A stretch of 64,000 nucleotides of DNA from contig NC_090340.1 in the NCBI RefSeq assembly GCF_035084215.1, forward strand, positions 2,790,001 through 2,854,000, written 5' to 3'. This DNA is from Heptranchias perlo. Taxonomy: Eukaryota. The notes under the pieces were generated by a model. It saw only the letters and a program-made list of their open reading frames with translations. It was not told the origin of the DNA and searched no databases. Position 1 is the first letter of the stretch. Every line of letters starts with the position of its first letter. The translations under genes were made by a program, and so were the position numbers. Positions 49,301-62,550 of the stretch are shown here, piece by piece.

Positions 49301-50199
49301 CAATTTCTTGCAGTTTCCTGTTGTGATGATTCAAGCAAGACAACTTACTGTAGACTGGTGATTGCTATTTATGTTGTGCGGTCTAAGAATTCATTTGATT
49401 TCTACTGTCAGCGACAATGTAATCATTTTTGCGATTTCGCTCGAATTCTTATTCTACAGTGTAAAAATACTCGCTGGGGAAGTATCTCAAGTCGCTGTGT
49501 GTACCAGAATCATAAATGCCTTCGCGAAAATTTTCTTCTGGCCAGCAACTCGTGATATCGTCAATTCTTCCCTTTTATATTGTGTATGATTTTGCTGGAA
49601 ATACCGAACAGGAGGAATATTTAGGTTCACCCATATGATGTCGCTGACAGATTTTGACTACATAACACGTATCATTGCTGAATAAATAACTACTCGATTA
49701 GTCAAGGAACAGATTTCTAAAGCTCACGTAAAAGGCTGCAGAGGTCCCTTCCAAGTGGAAGACAAAATCAGAAAGCAACCTTCGAATAGGGGCCACAATA
49801 TTGGGGATGGTTAACAAAATAAATGTTTATAATTGAGATTTTTGACTTGAGGGAGGAAGACTGAGGATGAAACTAAGAATGATGGATTGACAAAAATTGT
49901 GAGAGAACGATGTTACAGCCAGTGAATGGAAAGTACTGAGAGCCATAATTAGTGAACAGCCGAGCAAATGCATCCGATCGTGCATTTCCTTACAGAAAGG
50001 ACATTAAAGGACGTATCCAACTAATGTGAGCTGCAAGCGAAGTAATGTAGCAGATAGGGCTTAAAGGTGATTATATATGAAGGACTAAAGCGTCGAAAAT
50101 TTTATTTGATGTATCGCCCAAAGTCCTATAAATATGATTGAAATTACCTAAATAGCTCAACATTTAAGGATATTCCTGGTGACCATGTTACACCATTCT

Positions 50200-50392
50200 T
50201 TTTTTTATTCATTCATGGGATGTGGGCGTCGCTGGCAAGGCCAGCATTTCTTGCCCATCCCTAATTGCCCTTGAGAAGCTAGTGGTGAGCTGCCTTCATG
50301 AGCCGCTGCAGTCCATGTGGTGAAGGTTCTCCCACAGTGCTGTGGGTAGGGAATTCCAGGATTTTGACCCAGCGACAATGAAGGAACGGATC
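50200..50392 (-). mobile_element. Family-B LINE 3' end
   Basis: TTTTTTTATTCATTCATGGGATGTGGGCGTCGCTGGC. Confidence 0.85.
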
Positions 50393-50917
50393 CAGCGACG
50401 ATGAAGGAATTCAAAGGTTGATCTAAAACAATCATTTTGTTACACATGGTAACATTTCAATTCCATTCGTTTTAACGCTAACTGATCTAAGAAAACGCAG
50501 ATAACTGCAGCGGCCATTTAGATTTTTTTGAACGTAATTGAAAGAAAGCCGCCGGTTTTAAATATGTGTAGTCAATAGGAAGAAAATGCATTTGCACTTA
50601 TGTTTTACGTACTATATTTCCAAAAGAATGTGGATATTGATATTAAGTGTGAATTTATATCTTATGTTCAGCATCGTGTGAAGCTCCTAGCCTTCGCTTT
50701 TGGGCAGTGCAAATTTGGTGTTAAGACTTGGACTGATTCTGAACCAATTTGGTTTAAGACTCCCTCCTCCAAAGAATCGCATTCTGTTCGGATCCACTAT
50801 GAGGTCAACTTCTGAATCTAGATTCCGCCTGCATCCACGGTGCAAGGTGGTTACAAAACGAAACCTCTTCCCATCCCAAGTTCACCCTAAATCCATCTTT
50901 CGGAGGTGGTGTAAAAT

Positions 50918-51210
50918 CGAGGCCAGTCTGCCCTCTCAGATAGGTGTAAAAGATCCCATGACACTATTCTAAGAAGAACAGCGTTGTTCTCCTCGGTGTC
51001 CTGGCCAATATTTGTCCCTCAACCAACATCAGTAAAAGACTAATTATCTAGTCATGTATCTCCTGGCTGTTTGTGGGGCCTTGTCGTGCCGCGTTTCCCT
51101 ACATTGCAACAGTGACTATACTTCAAAAGTACTTCATTGATAGTGAAGCGCTTTGGGACGTCGTGAGGTCGTGAAAAGCACTATATAAATGCAAGCCTTT
51201 TCCTTTCCTT
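50918..51210 (+). mobile_element. Deu-domain SINE, 3' half
   Basis: AAAAGATCCCATG...GTGTCCTGGCCAATATT...GCGCTTTGGGACG...CTATATAAATGCAAG. Confidence 0.82.
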
Positions 51211-51941
51211 TAAAAAAAAGCACAGTTTGCAAGGTACAAGAACCAAGAAGCGATTATTTCCAAAAGATGCCGCTTTTAGGATTGGTCAGCAAGGTAATTC
51301 CCGCCCAAAGAGGGGAAAAAACATTTTGAGTCACGTACGTTATTTCCATTTCGATGCATTACGTGTAGTGCAACAAGCGGACAGTAGAGGAAATCAAAAT
51401 TCCACAATTCAGCGAACGAATCATTTAACGACATGTGATTGGCCCATTAATGCTACAATTACTATTTTTCCTTCTCGTTAGAATAATTAATATTACATGG
51501 AAAGGTTCAGTTTCCAGTCTTTGCGAAACTCATTATGATGATTACTATTATTGCTCAACAAAAATGCTTCTAAAACGTACCTTAAAGCTACATTGTATAA
51601 AGGCGAGTTTAAATCAGCAGATTCTGAAATGAAGCAGCTTTTTATAACGCGAGACATGTATCTAAAAGCAAATATAGAGTTTGCTGAAACTAAGAGTTTA
51701 TTGAATCGAGTGTCTTCAATTTAACATGAAAATTCGGCAATAAAGGGTTTGATTAACCAAACCATTTTTCTTGAACAACTTTTGATCGCAGTCCCCAGAA
51801 GCAAAATATTGCTTATAGGCGTGGAATAAGTAATATGGAGAAGAAAATAAACGGAAAGACATAAATAGGACGAAATGAAAGTAATGAATAATATTGTAAA
51901 TATATATGTTTATGGAGGAAATTCAGATGAACACACTCTCA

Positions 51942-51959
51942 GACACACACACACACACA
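51942..51959. repeat. (AC)n microsatellite
   Basis: ACACACACACACACACA. Confidence 0.8.
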
Positions 51960-54099
51960 AGGCTCTAGGTTTGATCCATGGTAATTGCTGAGGTGGTTGC
52001 TCTCAGCCACCTCATTAACAGGGCGATATAATTGGTATCGACTTTCGTCGAAGAGGGAAACGAACTCCATTTCCTGCTCCTACTCTCTTCCTAGTGAATG
52101 CTGCTGGAAAAATTTGTGAGGATAAGATTTTGCTCATTTGACATGTTCCATCAGTGGAACAGTCTACTGATGAAATTTCACTTCACAAGTGGAAAATAAC
52201 CAGTTGGATCAATTATCAACAGTCACGGAATTCTATTACCCACTCACAGCATGAATCACTGCGTTAAAGGAGTGAGTAAAATACACTGGAAGAGATTTGT
52301 TTATCTTTTGGACCTGACGCCGGGTTTCTGTGTTCTTACCATTTGTACGATGGGATGCCTCACAGAACAGCAATCAACGTGGCACTGGGTCAAGTTTTGA
52401 AAAAGGAAACAAAGCAATTTATTTGGTTGACTAATAAGAATATGCAGTTGTGACGGTGACATTGAATTGGAACTTACGTTTCAGAGATATATTTCCTGCT
52501 CTTTTTTGAGCAAGGCTGTACTAATGCCTTATTACCGATCAGAGTACGACGAGCAGACGGCAAAAACAAAGTTATACTCCAGGCTTCACTTGCCTGTCAG
52601 TTATAAGCTTCCTACTAAGCGCAAACAATGCTTTCATAATGTTAAAAGATGCAGTAACATCTTTTTACAGCGTCCAAGAGGTTTTTAACACTGTTTCTAA
52701 CTGGCGTAACACTGCAGCACAGTTCTACTCTAACCAGTGTCAAGTCCAAGTGCCGTGAAACCACCTCCTGGAAATATTCTCACACCGCTTGGGTTCCGTA
52801 CACACCACAGTCTGAATGTAGATTGGAACCCAAGTTATACTATCGCATTCATATCGGCGAAACCATTTTGCTCCGCTTGAAAATGGCAGTAAAAGTGTTT
52901 ACTTTAAAACGGTGAAGAAGAAACACGGAGACTGATTTCATTACACAGCTGTAGAAACTATTAATCCAACTTTCAAAATCTATGGCCCAATATTGAATTC
53001 TTTACTGTATAGCTCTTCCTGTCTCCAGTACAGGAAGCAATTCATTAGCAAATAATAGATCGCAGTTAGAAATAGAGCAAAATGTACCCCACTTAAAATA
53101 TCACAAAGGGTTCCCAGTGTTCAACTGTATTGTTTAAAGTTACTGCTCTCGGTCAATTTAGAAGTTGAGGTAAGTATAACGGCAACTACATGTTCTAATT
53201 ATGAAGGTTCTGTCGATCAAGTTACGTTACTGCGAATCTTCTTAAAATACATCCAAATTTAAAATGGGCAGAAATCAGCGTAAACAATCGAAGCCCAAGC
53301 GAAGCGCCAAACTCACAACATATGTTTTTTCTTTAAGTTTGAAAATTAAAGTTTCAACCAATTGCACCACATTCATGCACATTAGACACAGGGTGTTAAA
53401 GAACCTGCAATCGGGGAAGCTTTACAATTTTTAGTGTAACTTATACTTACGCCATGAAAATGCACAAGCAGAAATACAAAACACAATCCGAGTCTCAATG
53501 AGGATGAATTTAAAAATCACTCAAAGAATTGCAATAAAACATCAGAAAAGTGACTTTGTTTCCTGCTGCACCTTAAAACTTGGTTGCAATTTGAATAGTG
53601 TAATTGAAGCGCAATTATGGGAATCTTACGTATTAGGCTCTGTAATTTGGGGCACTGGCCATTATTGGAGATGATTTTGGGTGGAGGAAATCAGAGATCA
53701 TTGAGGAGACTTGAATGTATTGCGCTTATGCAATAAATTACTTACACCCAAAATTACAATCTTCTTGGCCATGGATTTACAATCTGCCCGGTTGATGCGT
53801 ATATCTGGGAACAAACACGCAGGAAGTTCCAGGTCTAAATATTTGGCAGTATAGCTAAATTGAATTTTATTTAAATCACAAGACAAGAAAGATGCGGCAG
53901 GCCATTCTTCTTATGTCGAGGCGTGCCGGAATAATAATAATATACAATTATCCAATTGACTCTTCAGTAAATTTATTTTAAGTCGGTCAGTGAGGCCTAA
54001 GCCCACTGGGACAAATAATTAGTTCAAAGTTTTGATTTCTAGTCTAGTCGGAAGCCGACTCAACGAGGGTATTATTAAAATTTGCCCCAGCTCACCAAG

Positions 54100-55736
54100 C
54101 CAAACTTCCCCTCAGTTTCCTCCTGCCATATCACTTAATTCGCATCTTAATCTAGTTTCCCTCCTATGAGCCTCCATGCCCACTCAGAGCTCATCTTGTC
54201 CATGATGCGCACCTCCTGCTCCCTCAATCCTATTCCCATCAAAGTGATGATCGCCCAACTTCCTGTCCTAGCCCCCATGATAGCTAATATTGTTAATGGT
54301 TCCTTTTCGTCAGGTACTGTCCCCATGCCCTTTAAATCTGCAGTGATCAACCCCCTTTCAAGAAACCGACCCTTGACCCCTCTGCCCTTCCAAACTACCG
54401 CCCCCTCTCCAACCCCCGTTTTCTCTCCAAAGTCCTTCAACATGTTGTTATCTTCCAAATCCGTGCACATCTTTCCTGCAATTCCATGTTTGAACCCCTC
54501 GAATCAAGTTTCTGCCGCTGCCACCGCACTTAAATGGCCACTACGAAAGCCACAAATGACATCCTATGTGACTGTGACCCTGGTAAACTATCACTCATCA
54601 TCGTCTCGACCTAGCCTGCAGTCTTTGACACGGTTAACCACATCATCCTCCTCCAATGCCTGTCCTCCGCTGAGCAGCTGGGTGGTACTGCGCTCCCTAG
54701 TTCTATTCCTATCTATTCAGCTGTAGCCAGAGAATAACCTGCAATGGATTCTCTTCCCTCTCCTGCAACATTACCCCTGGTGTCCCCCAATGATCTATCC
54801 TTGACTCCTCCTGTTTCTCATCTACATGCTGTCCCATGGCGACATCATCCGAAAACACAACAGGTTCCACATGTACGCCGACGACAACCAGCTCGAGCTC
54901 ACCACCACTACTCTCGACCCCTCCACTGCTTCTGGTTCATCACGTTGCTTGACCAACATCCAGTATTGGTGAGCAGAAATTTCCTCCAATTGAATATTGT
55001 GAAGCCCGAAGCCATTGCCTTCTCTGTCACAAACTCCATTCCCTAACCATAGACTCCATACCTCTCCCTGGCCAGTGTATGAGGCTGAGTTAGACCGATT
55101 GCATCCTTAGAGTTCTACTTAAACTTGAGGTGAGCTTCCGACCCCATATGCTCATCATCACCAAGATCACCTACTTCCATCTACATAGCATCACCCGTTT
55201 CCGCCTCTGCCTCAGCTTACCTTGCACCCTCAGTAAACTTGAGCTCATCCAAAACTCTGCTGCCCGTATCCTACCTCGCACAAAGTCCCGTTCACCCATC
55301 ACCCCTGTGCTCACTGGCCTACATTGGGTTCCAGTCGGGCAATGCCGCGATTTAAAAATTCTTATCCTTATAGTCAAATCACTCCATCGCCTCGCCCCTC
55401 CCAATCTCTGTAACCTGCTCCAGCCCTGCAACCCGAACAGATCTCTACTGCTCCAATTCTGGCTTCTTGTGCATCTCCGATTTTCATTGCTACATTATTA
55501 CCTGTCGTGCCTTCAGGTGCCTAAGCCCTAAGTTCTGGAATTTCCTCCCTAAACCTTTCCATCTCTCTACCTCTCTCTCCTTAATTAAGACGTTCCTTAA
55601 AACCTATCTCTGATCAAGCTTTTGGTCAACTGTTCTAATGTCCCTTATGTGGCTCGGTATCAATTTGGTTTCTATTTACGCTCCTGTCAAATGGCTTGAG
55701 ACGTTTTACTTCCTTAAAGGCGCTATATAAATACAA
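54100..55736 (+). mobile_element. Degraded L2 LINE (RT and 3' end)
   Basis: TSCSLNPIP...IVNGSFSSG, HMYADD-like CACATGTACGCCGACGAC, LELIQNSAARIL...ITPVLTGLHWVP; tail GGCGCTATATAAATACAA. Confidence 0.88.
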
Positions 55737-55857
55737 GGGGCTCTAAATTAGGCCATGTAGCGCACGTTGTTTCGGCGCTACACGGCCTCTCCGACATCCA
55801 AGATGGCATCTTGGATGCGCACGCACGTTTCCTGCGTGACGTGCGCAAGACGCACTG

Positions 55858-56430
55858 TACCACATGAGGAACAGGTTCATCACCTTCCTTCTCAACAGAG
55901 AAAATAAGAACCAGCGATCACGGTGGTTCGCCCGCATTGCGGGCTTCCCCATGGTGCAGGGTGCCATGGATTGCACACATATTGCCATGCGTGCCCCACA
56001 CATCAACTTGGCTCTCTTACTCAACCGAAAGGGCTTCCACTCCCTCAACTTGGAGCTGGTGTGTGACCACATGCATCGCATCTTGGAGGTCGATGCCCAC
56101 TACCTAGGGAGCAGTCACGACGCCTTCGTTATGCGGCAGTCCAACTTGTCGGCTATCTTACATCCAACTCGGCAAGTCAAAGGCTGGTTACTGGGTGACA
56201 AGGACCATCGTCTCATGACTTGGCTCATGACACCGGTCAGGAACCCATGCACATGTGCACAGCAGGCCTAAACTGAGAGCCATGATGCCACACGCAATAG
56301 CACACCATAGACCTCCTCAAACAACGCTTCTGCTGCCTAGACCTGTCTGGAGGAGCCCTGCAATACTCCCCTGAGCGGGTGGGCAGATTCGTGGTGGTAT
56401 GCTGCATGATGGACAACCTCGCTATAATGA
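55858..56430 (+). pseudogene. Harbinger (HARBI1-like) DDE transposase remnant, N-terminally deleted
   Basis: GFPMVQGAMDCTHI, NRKGFHSLN, GSSHDAF, LLGDK; stop at 56271, then LKQRF..LD..GGALQY. Confidence 0.88.
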
Positions 56431-56859
56431 GGGACCAGCTTTTGACACCAATGACTGCAGAAGATCCTGAGCCAGAGGTGGAGGAGGAGGAGGCTGAGGA
56501 GGAAGAGGCGGAGGAGCAGGAGCAGTAAGAGGCTGCGGCAGAGCTGGAGGAGGGGGTGGAGCCAGAAGAGGAGGTGGAGGAAGACGCGAGGTTGCAACAG
56601 GAACTACACGCCTTGTCTGCAAGGGCTTTGCGTGCTCGCCTGATCCATGCCCATTATCAATAATTGGAACTACATCCCCAAATCACCAACAGTCCTGCAT
56701 TCCCCAACTTTCCCCTCCCAAAAGACAATCAAATTGCCCATCATCAGATTAAACACTGGTATCCTCTTAGCTCATTGCATGAATAAAACCACCACCAAAT
56801 GCAAAATCAAACTCTCATTTATGGATTAATAAATGAAAATATGCAAACAGAAAAGAACT

Positions 56860-58669
56860 ATTCACCATTGTGCATTCTCTTAGTGCCTGTTGTTCGTGTG
56901 CCTTTACCTGTCCTAGTGCTCCTACGAGGTGCTTCCCCAATGGCTGGAGCATGGGTGGTGGAAGGCTGCTGGCTTTCAATGGAGGTACGTCCAGATGACC
57001 TTGGAGGATGACCTCGAACAGCTCTGGGCCTGGAGGACCCGGCTTCAGAATGCACCATCTCAGCATTGGCTGCAGCAGTTTGGCCTGGCTGGCCGAGAGG
57101 CAACAACAGGGGCACTGGCGGAGTGGCATGGGTAGGAGCAGGAATGCTGTCGTCCTGAGAGAGGACAGCAGGTCCAACTGCCATGGTGCCACTGCCACTC
57201 TCCCGGGCGGCGCCTCGGCACTCCTGGTGATAGGCTGGAGAACTGATTGCTGGAGTGCTGTGATGCCCTGGAAGCCTGGTTCCACAATTAACCCCAGAGC
57301 CAAGATAGCAGCAGTCTAAGCTTCCAAGGCAGCAGTCTGAGCTGCAAATGCAGCATTCAGATCTTGGATGGCAGATGTTTGTGCTGCAATGGAAGGTGTG
57401 ACATCACTTATCAGACGCTGCATCATGTTGGGTTCTAAAGGTGCGCTGATGGAGGTGACCACCCGTTCCATGTTGGAAAGGATGGGCTCTAAGCTCTGCA
57501 CAAAGCCCTGCGCCAAGTTGGAGCTGGACTCCTCCAGGCCCCTTCTCATTATGCGCAGGCTTTATGGCAGGCTTTCCAGTGCCATAAGCATTTTTTGTTG
57601 TACACCCATTTGCCGTCTTCTGCAGCCTGACCCATCGAAGTCCTCATCTGACACCTCGCCCTCCGGCGAGTTGGCTCCTGTGGCATCCATTCCCTCTGCA
57701 CGGGCTCCTGCGCACTTCTGCTCAGTATCTCACCACGTGCAGATCCCTCCTCTAACCTAACCTCTAAAGGACACGCAGTGTCAGTCTCTGAGCTGGTGGA
57801 AGCAAGTGTCAGATCGAGTGACGGTGTGGCTTCAATATCCTCCTCGTCCTCCTCCTCCTCGGGTGCTGCCACGTATTCTTGGGTATCTGCAAGGACAAAG
57901 GGAAACAGGTTAAGTTGGGAGTGGGGAGAGGAGCAAGTAAGAGGCGTGTGCTGGCAGCATATGCAGCACGAGAGTCAGAAAAGATAGTGGGAGGAGGGAG
58001 ATGTGGAAAATGAGAAGGAGCATTAGATATGCAGAGAAACACTTGAACGGGACCTCCAGCGAGGCACGTTGTAACAGCTGGAGCGATGGTTCCCCCAACG
58101 ATCCGCAGCACCGTCTCCTCTAGAAGGGCGAGGAGGTGTGGATGTGCCTGTCCAGCCGCAGGTACCTCCTGCTGCCGGGTGTTATACGCCACCTTCTCCT
58201 GCAAGAGAGAAGACAATGTGTTAGTGAGTGTCTTGCGAGGTGTGTTGGTGATGTGCCTGTCATGGACGAATAGGTGCCAGTTTGCGTGACTTGCGTGTTG
58301 TGTGGCCTGCAAGTGTGGGCACTGTTTGTTTGTGGTTGGTTTGGTGGCGGGAGGTGTCGTGCATGGAGTATTGGTGCAGTTGGTAGGATGTGCCACTTGA
58401 CACTTGCATTCACTCACCTTGACCACTTGTGTCAAATCATTAAATTTCTTCTGGCACTGCATCCACGTGCGTGGTACAATGCTCCTGGCATTCACCTCCT
58501 GCGCTACAGCCTACCAATGCCTACGCAGCTGTAGTCTAGACTGTTTCTGGCCACCCTGCGGGTACATGTCTGCCCTCCATTGGACCACACCTTGTACCAG
58601 GGCCTCCAGATCATCGTCCTAGAATCTTGGTGCCAGCTCTCTTGCTGGTGCAGCTACTCGAGATGCCAT
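56860..58669 (-). pseudogene. Harbinger Myb/SANT-like DNA-binding protein gene, spliced, with stop codons
   Basis: ATG at 58669: MASRVAAPARELAPRF*DDDLEALV...W*AVAQEVNARSIVPRTWMQCQKKFNDL; donor AAG|GTGAGT at 58417; acidic and low-complexity exons downstream. Confidence 0.8.
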
Positions 58670-58697
58670 TCTCCCTTCTCCTACTTGGCTGTGTATC

Positions 58698-61497
58698 TAG
58701 GAACATAGGAACAGGAGTAGGCCATTCAGCCCTCGTGACTGCTCCGCCATTTGATAAGATCATGGCTAATCTGTGATCTAACTCCTTATGCCTGCCTTTG
58801 GGCCCATATCCCTTAATACCTTTGGTTGCCAAAAAGCTATCTATCTCAGATTAAAATTTAGCAATTGAGCTAGTATCAATTGCCGTTTGCTGAAGAGAGT
58901 TCCAAACTTCTACCACACTTTGTGTGTAGAAATGTTTCTAATCTCACTCCTGAAAGGGCTGGCTCTAATTTTTAGACTGTGCTCCCTAGCCCTAGAATCC
59001 CCAACCAGCGGAAATAGTTTCTCTCTATCCACCCTATCTGTTTCCCTTAATATCTTATGAACTTCGATCAGGTCTCCCCTAACCTTCTAAACTCTAGAGA
59101 ATACAACCCCAATTTGTGTAATCTCTCCTCGTAACTTAAATCTTGAAGTCCAGGTAACATTCCAGTAAATCTATGCTGCACTCCCTCCAAGGTCAACATG
59201 TCCTTCCGAAGGTGCGGTGCCCAGAACTGCTCACAGTACTCCAGGTGCGGTCTAACCAGGGTTTTGTATAGCTGCAGCATAACTTCTGCCCCCTTGTACT
59301 CCAGTCCTCTAGAGGTAAATGCCAGCATTCCATTAGTTTTATTGATGATTTTCTGCGCCTGCTCATGAAACTTCAATGATCTATGTACCTGGACCCCTAA
59401 GTCCCTTTGGACATCCTCTGTATTTAACTTTTTACCATTTAGAAAGGTACACTGTCCTATCCTTTTTGATCCAAAATGTATGACCTCACATTTGTTTACA
59501 TTGAATTCCATTTGCCACAGTTTTGCCCATTCATCTAATCTATCAATATTCCTTTGTAATTTTATGTTTTCATCTACACTGCTTACAATGTCTCCAATCT
59601 TTGTGTCATCGGCAAACTTAGATATGAGACTTTCTATGCCTTCATCTAAGTCGTTAATAAATATTGTGAAATATTGAGGCCCCAAGACAGATCCCTGGCG
59701 GACTCCACTAGTCACATCCTGCCAATGTGAATACCTACCCATTATCGCTACTGTCTGTCGCCTTTCGCTCAGCCAACTTCCGAACCAAGTCCATACTTTT
59801 TCCTCGATCCCATGGGTTTCTATCGTAGCTAACAGTCTCTTATGTGGGACTTTATCAAATGCCTTCAGGACGTCCATATAAATAACATCCATTGACATTC
59901 CCCTGTCCACTACTTTAATCACCTCTTCAACAAAATCAATCATTTTTGTCAGGCACGATCTACCCTGTCACAAATCCATGCTGGCTCTCTCTGATTAACT
60001 GACAATTCTCGAGGTGTTCAGTTACGCTATCCTTAATGATAGACTCCAGCATTTTCCCCACAACACATGTTCGGCTAACTGGTCTATAATGCTCTGTTTT
60101 CCCTCTCTCTCCTTTCTTAAAAAGCGGAGTGACATGTGTAGTTTTCCAATCTAGAGGGACAGTTCCTGAATCAAGAGAACTTTGAAAGTTTATAATTAGG
60201 GCATCTGCAATGTGCTCACCTACTTCCTTTAAAACCCTGGGATGGAAACCATCTGGTCCTGGGAATTTGCCAATCTTTAGTGCTATTACCTTCTTCATTA
60301 CTGTTGCTTTATTTATGTTAATTTTATCGAGTCCCTGTCCCCGATTCAATATTAGTTTTCTTGGGCTTTCCGGCATGCTATTCTCTTTTTGTACTGTAAA
60401 TACTGATGCAAAGTAATTGTTCAACATGTCTGCTGTATCCCCATTGTCAATGACAATATCTCCACTTTCAGTTTTTAAGGTGCCAACACTGCTCCTGACT
60501 ACCCTCTTTTTCGTAATATATCTATAAAAGTTCTTCGTATTGATTTTGATATCCCTTGCAAGTTTCTATTCATACTCTCGTTTTGTAGTTCTTACTATCT
60601 TTTTTTCTGACCCTTTGCTGATCTTTGTATCTCTCCCATTCGCCAGGATCTGCGTCATTTTTTGCCCTTTTGTATGCCATTTCCTTATGTCTTATACTGT
60701 CCTTTACCTCTTTAGTTGTCCGTGGCTGGTTTTTTTGGCAAACATAGTTCTTGTCCCTCAGAGGTATAAACCGATTCTGTATCATGTTAAATGTTTCTTT
60801 AAACATTTCCCACTGATCATCAGTTGTTTTACCCATTAACAGATTTGCCCAGTTTACTGTGGACAGTCTCTGTTTCATCCGAAGTCTGGAATCTTACCAG
60901 CTGATTCACTTTTTTCGCTTTCAAACACTGCATTGAAATCGATCATGTTATGATCGCTATTGGATAGATGTTCACGCACAGTTAAGCTGTTAACTAAATC
61001 TGGTTCATTACTCATTACAAAATCTAGTATGGCTTGCCCCCTTGGTGCCTCTAGGACATACTGCTGTAGAAAACTATCCTGAACACACTCAAGAAATTCA
61101 CGGCCTTTGTGACAGTTGCTAGTCTGCTTTTCCCAATCTATGTGAAGGTTAAAGTCCCCCGTTAAGACCACTATGCCTTTGTTACACGCTTGTCTAATCT
61201 CTGCATTTATACAATCTAGCACTTCAAAGCTGCTGCCAATGGTCCTATACACAACTCCCACTATAGTCTTAGATCCTTTCCTATTTCTCAATTCAACCCA
61301 TAAGGTCTCTGTTGGCTGCTTACCCCTCGTTATATCCTCCTTTATCATTGAAGTGATTTCATTTCTATTCACTAAGGCTACTCCTCTCCCTCTTCCATTT
61401 TCCAATTTCTCCTGTAGACCTTATAACCTGGTATATTTAGTTCCCAATCCTGACCATCCTGCAGCCATGTCTCAGTTATAACTATCATGTCATACCA
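58698..61497 (-). mobile_element. CR1 (EN and RT, frameshifted) inserted in the Harbinger
   Basis: ORFs 60875-61405, 60570-60878, 59960-60427 and 59068-59943 are consecutive ORF2 pieces; tail at 58698. Confidence 0.93.
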
Positions 61498-61769
61498 TTG
61501 GAAATGTGCCTGCACCTTTAAGTGGTACAGGCTGCTGATGACGTGCGCTGTCCACGCCGCATTTACAACTTCCTCATTGTTCCTGCAGCCTCTCAATAGC
61601 GACGGCTGCGCTTGCTGCACGGAGATTTCATGTTAAGTATCAGAAAGCACGAAATTTACTTGCTGCCTGCATTGGGTCCGTTGGGCGCGGGCTGATAGCG
61701 CATTGCGCTACATTCGCCCACAACGGACCCTTATTGAATTTTCCCCCCAAGTTGCTGCTGTTTGGCCAT

Positions 61770-61853
61770 AAGGAAAATCGGACAAGGTTTAAAACGGGCG
61801 GTCGATACGATATCGCCCGTTTTACACTATCAGCAGAAATTAAAATTACTCCC
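61770..61853. mobile_element. MITE-like element, right arm
   Basis: AAAACGGGCGGTCGATACGATATCGCCCGTTTTACACTATC...TAAAATTACTCC. Confidence 0.65.
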
Positions 61854-62194
61854 GCAGTTTTGCTTACTCATTCGGCGAAGAAGCCCTTCACGATATGTTT
61901 TAAAGTTTCCATGCAACAGTTGAAATACTTCTCCCGATTTTCCTGATCTTTCATATTTAAATTATGCCTAATTCTATGATTTCTTCTTACAGCTATTTCT
62001 TTCAAGACTAACAGGCCCAAGTTTTTTTTCCGAGCTTCATCCATTAACACAAAGATCTATATTAAGGATTTTCTGCAAGGCTTCATAACTTGCGTTTTGC
62101 CGTTATCGTTTGGTGACCAAAAATAAACATAGCGCTCAAGGTGTGATCTGAGTACGGTAGTATGTCGTTCTTAGAATTATTACTATCTCACAGT

Positions 62195-62550
62195 TTAGAA
62201 GTCTATAAAATAATGAGGGGCATAGATAAGGTAGATAGTCAAAATCTTTTCCCAAAGGTAGGGGAGTCTATAACGAGGGGGCATAGATTTAAGGTGGGAG
62301 GGGAGAGATACAAAAGGGTGCAGAGGGGCAATTTTTTCACTCAAAGGGTGGTGAGTGTCTGGAACGAGCTGCCAGAGGCAGTAGTAGAGGCGGATACAAT
62401 TTTGTCTTTTAAAAAGCATTTGGACAGTTACATGGGTAAGATGGGTATAGAGGGATATGGGCCAAGTGCAGGCAATTGGGACTAGCTTAGTGGTATAAAC
62501 TGGGCGACATGGACATGTTGGGCCGAAGGGCCTGTTTCCATGTTGTAAAC
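62195..62550 (+). mobile_element. CR1 3' fragment
   Basis: EVYKIMRGIDKVD...FFTQRVVSVWNELP; tail TTCTATGATTCTA. Confidence 0.88.

Larger units (their letters stand above)
55737..61747. mobile_element. PIF/Harbinger DNA transposon (defective) with a 3-bp CAA target-site duplication
   Basis: CAA|GGGGCTCTAAATT ... AATTTTCCCCC|CAA; convergent transposase and Myb/SANT genes. Confidence 0.85.

Noticed and set aside
56337-56622. Pro-rich and Leu-rich ORFs on the minus strand
   Set aside because: They are the antisense of the GAG-rich acidic tail of the Harbinger transposase.
55858-58669. Domesticated HARBI1/NAIF1/MSANTD host genes
   Set aside because: In-frame stops, an N-terminal deletion, TIRs and a TSD mark it as a dead transposon copy.
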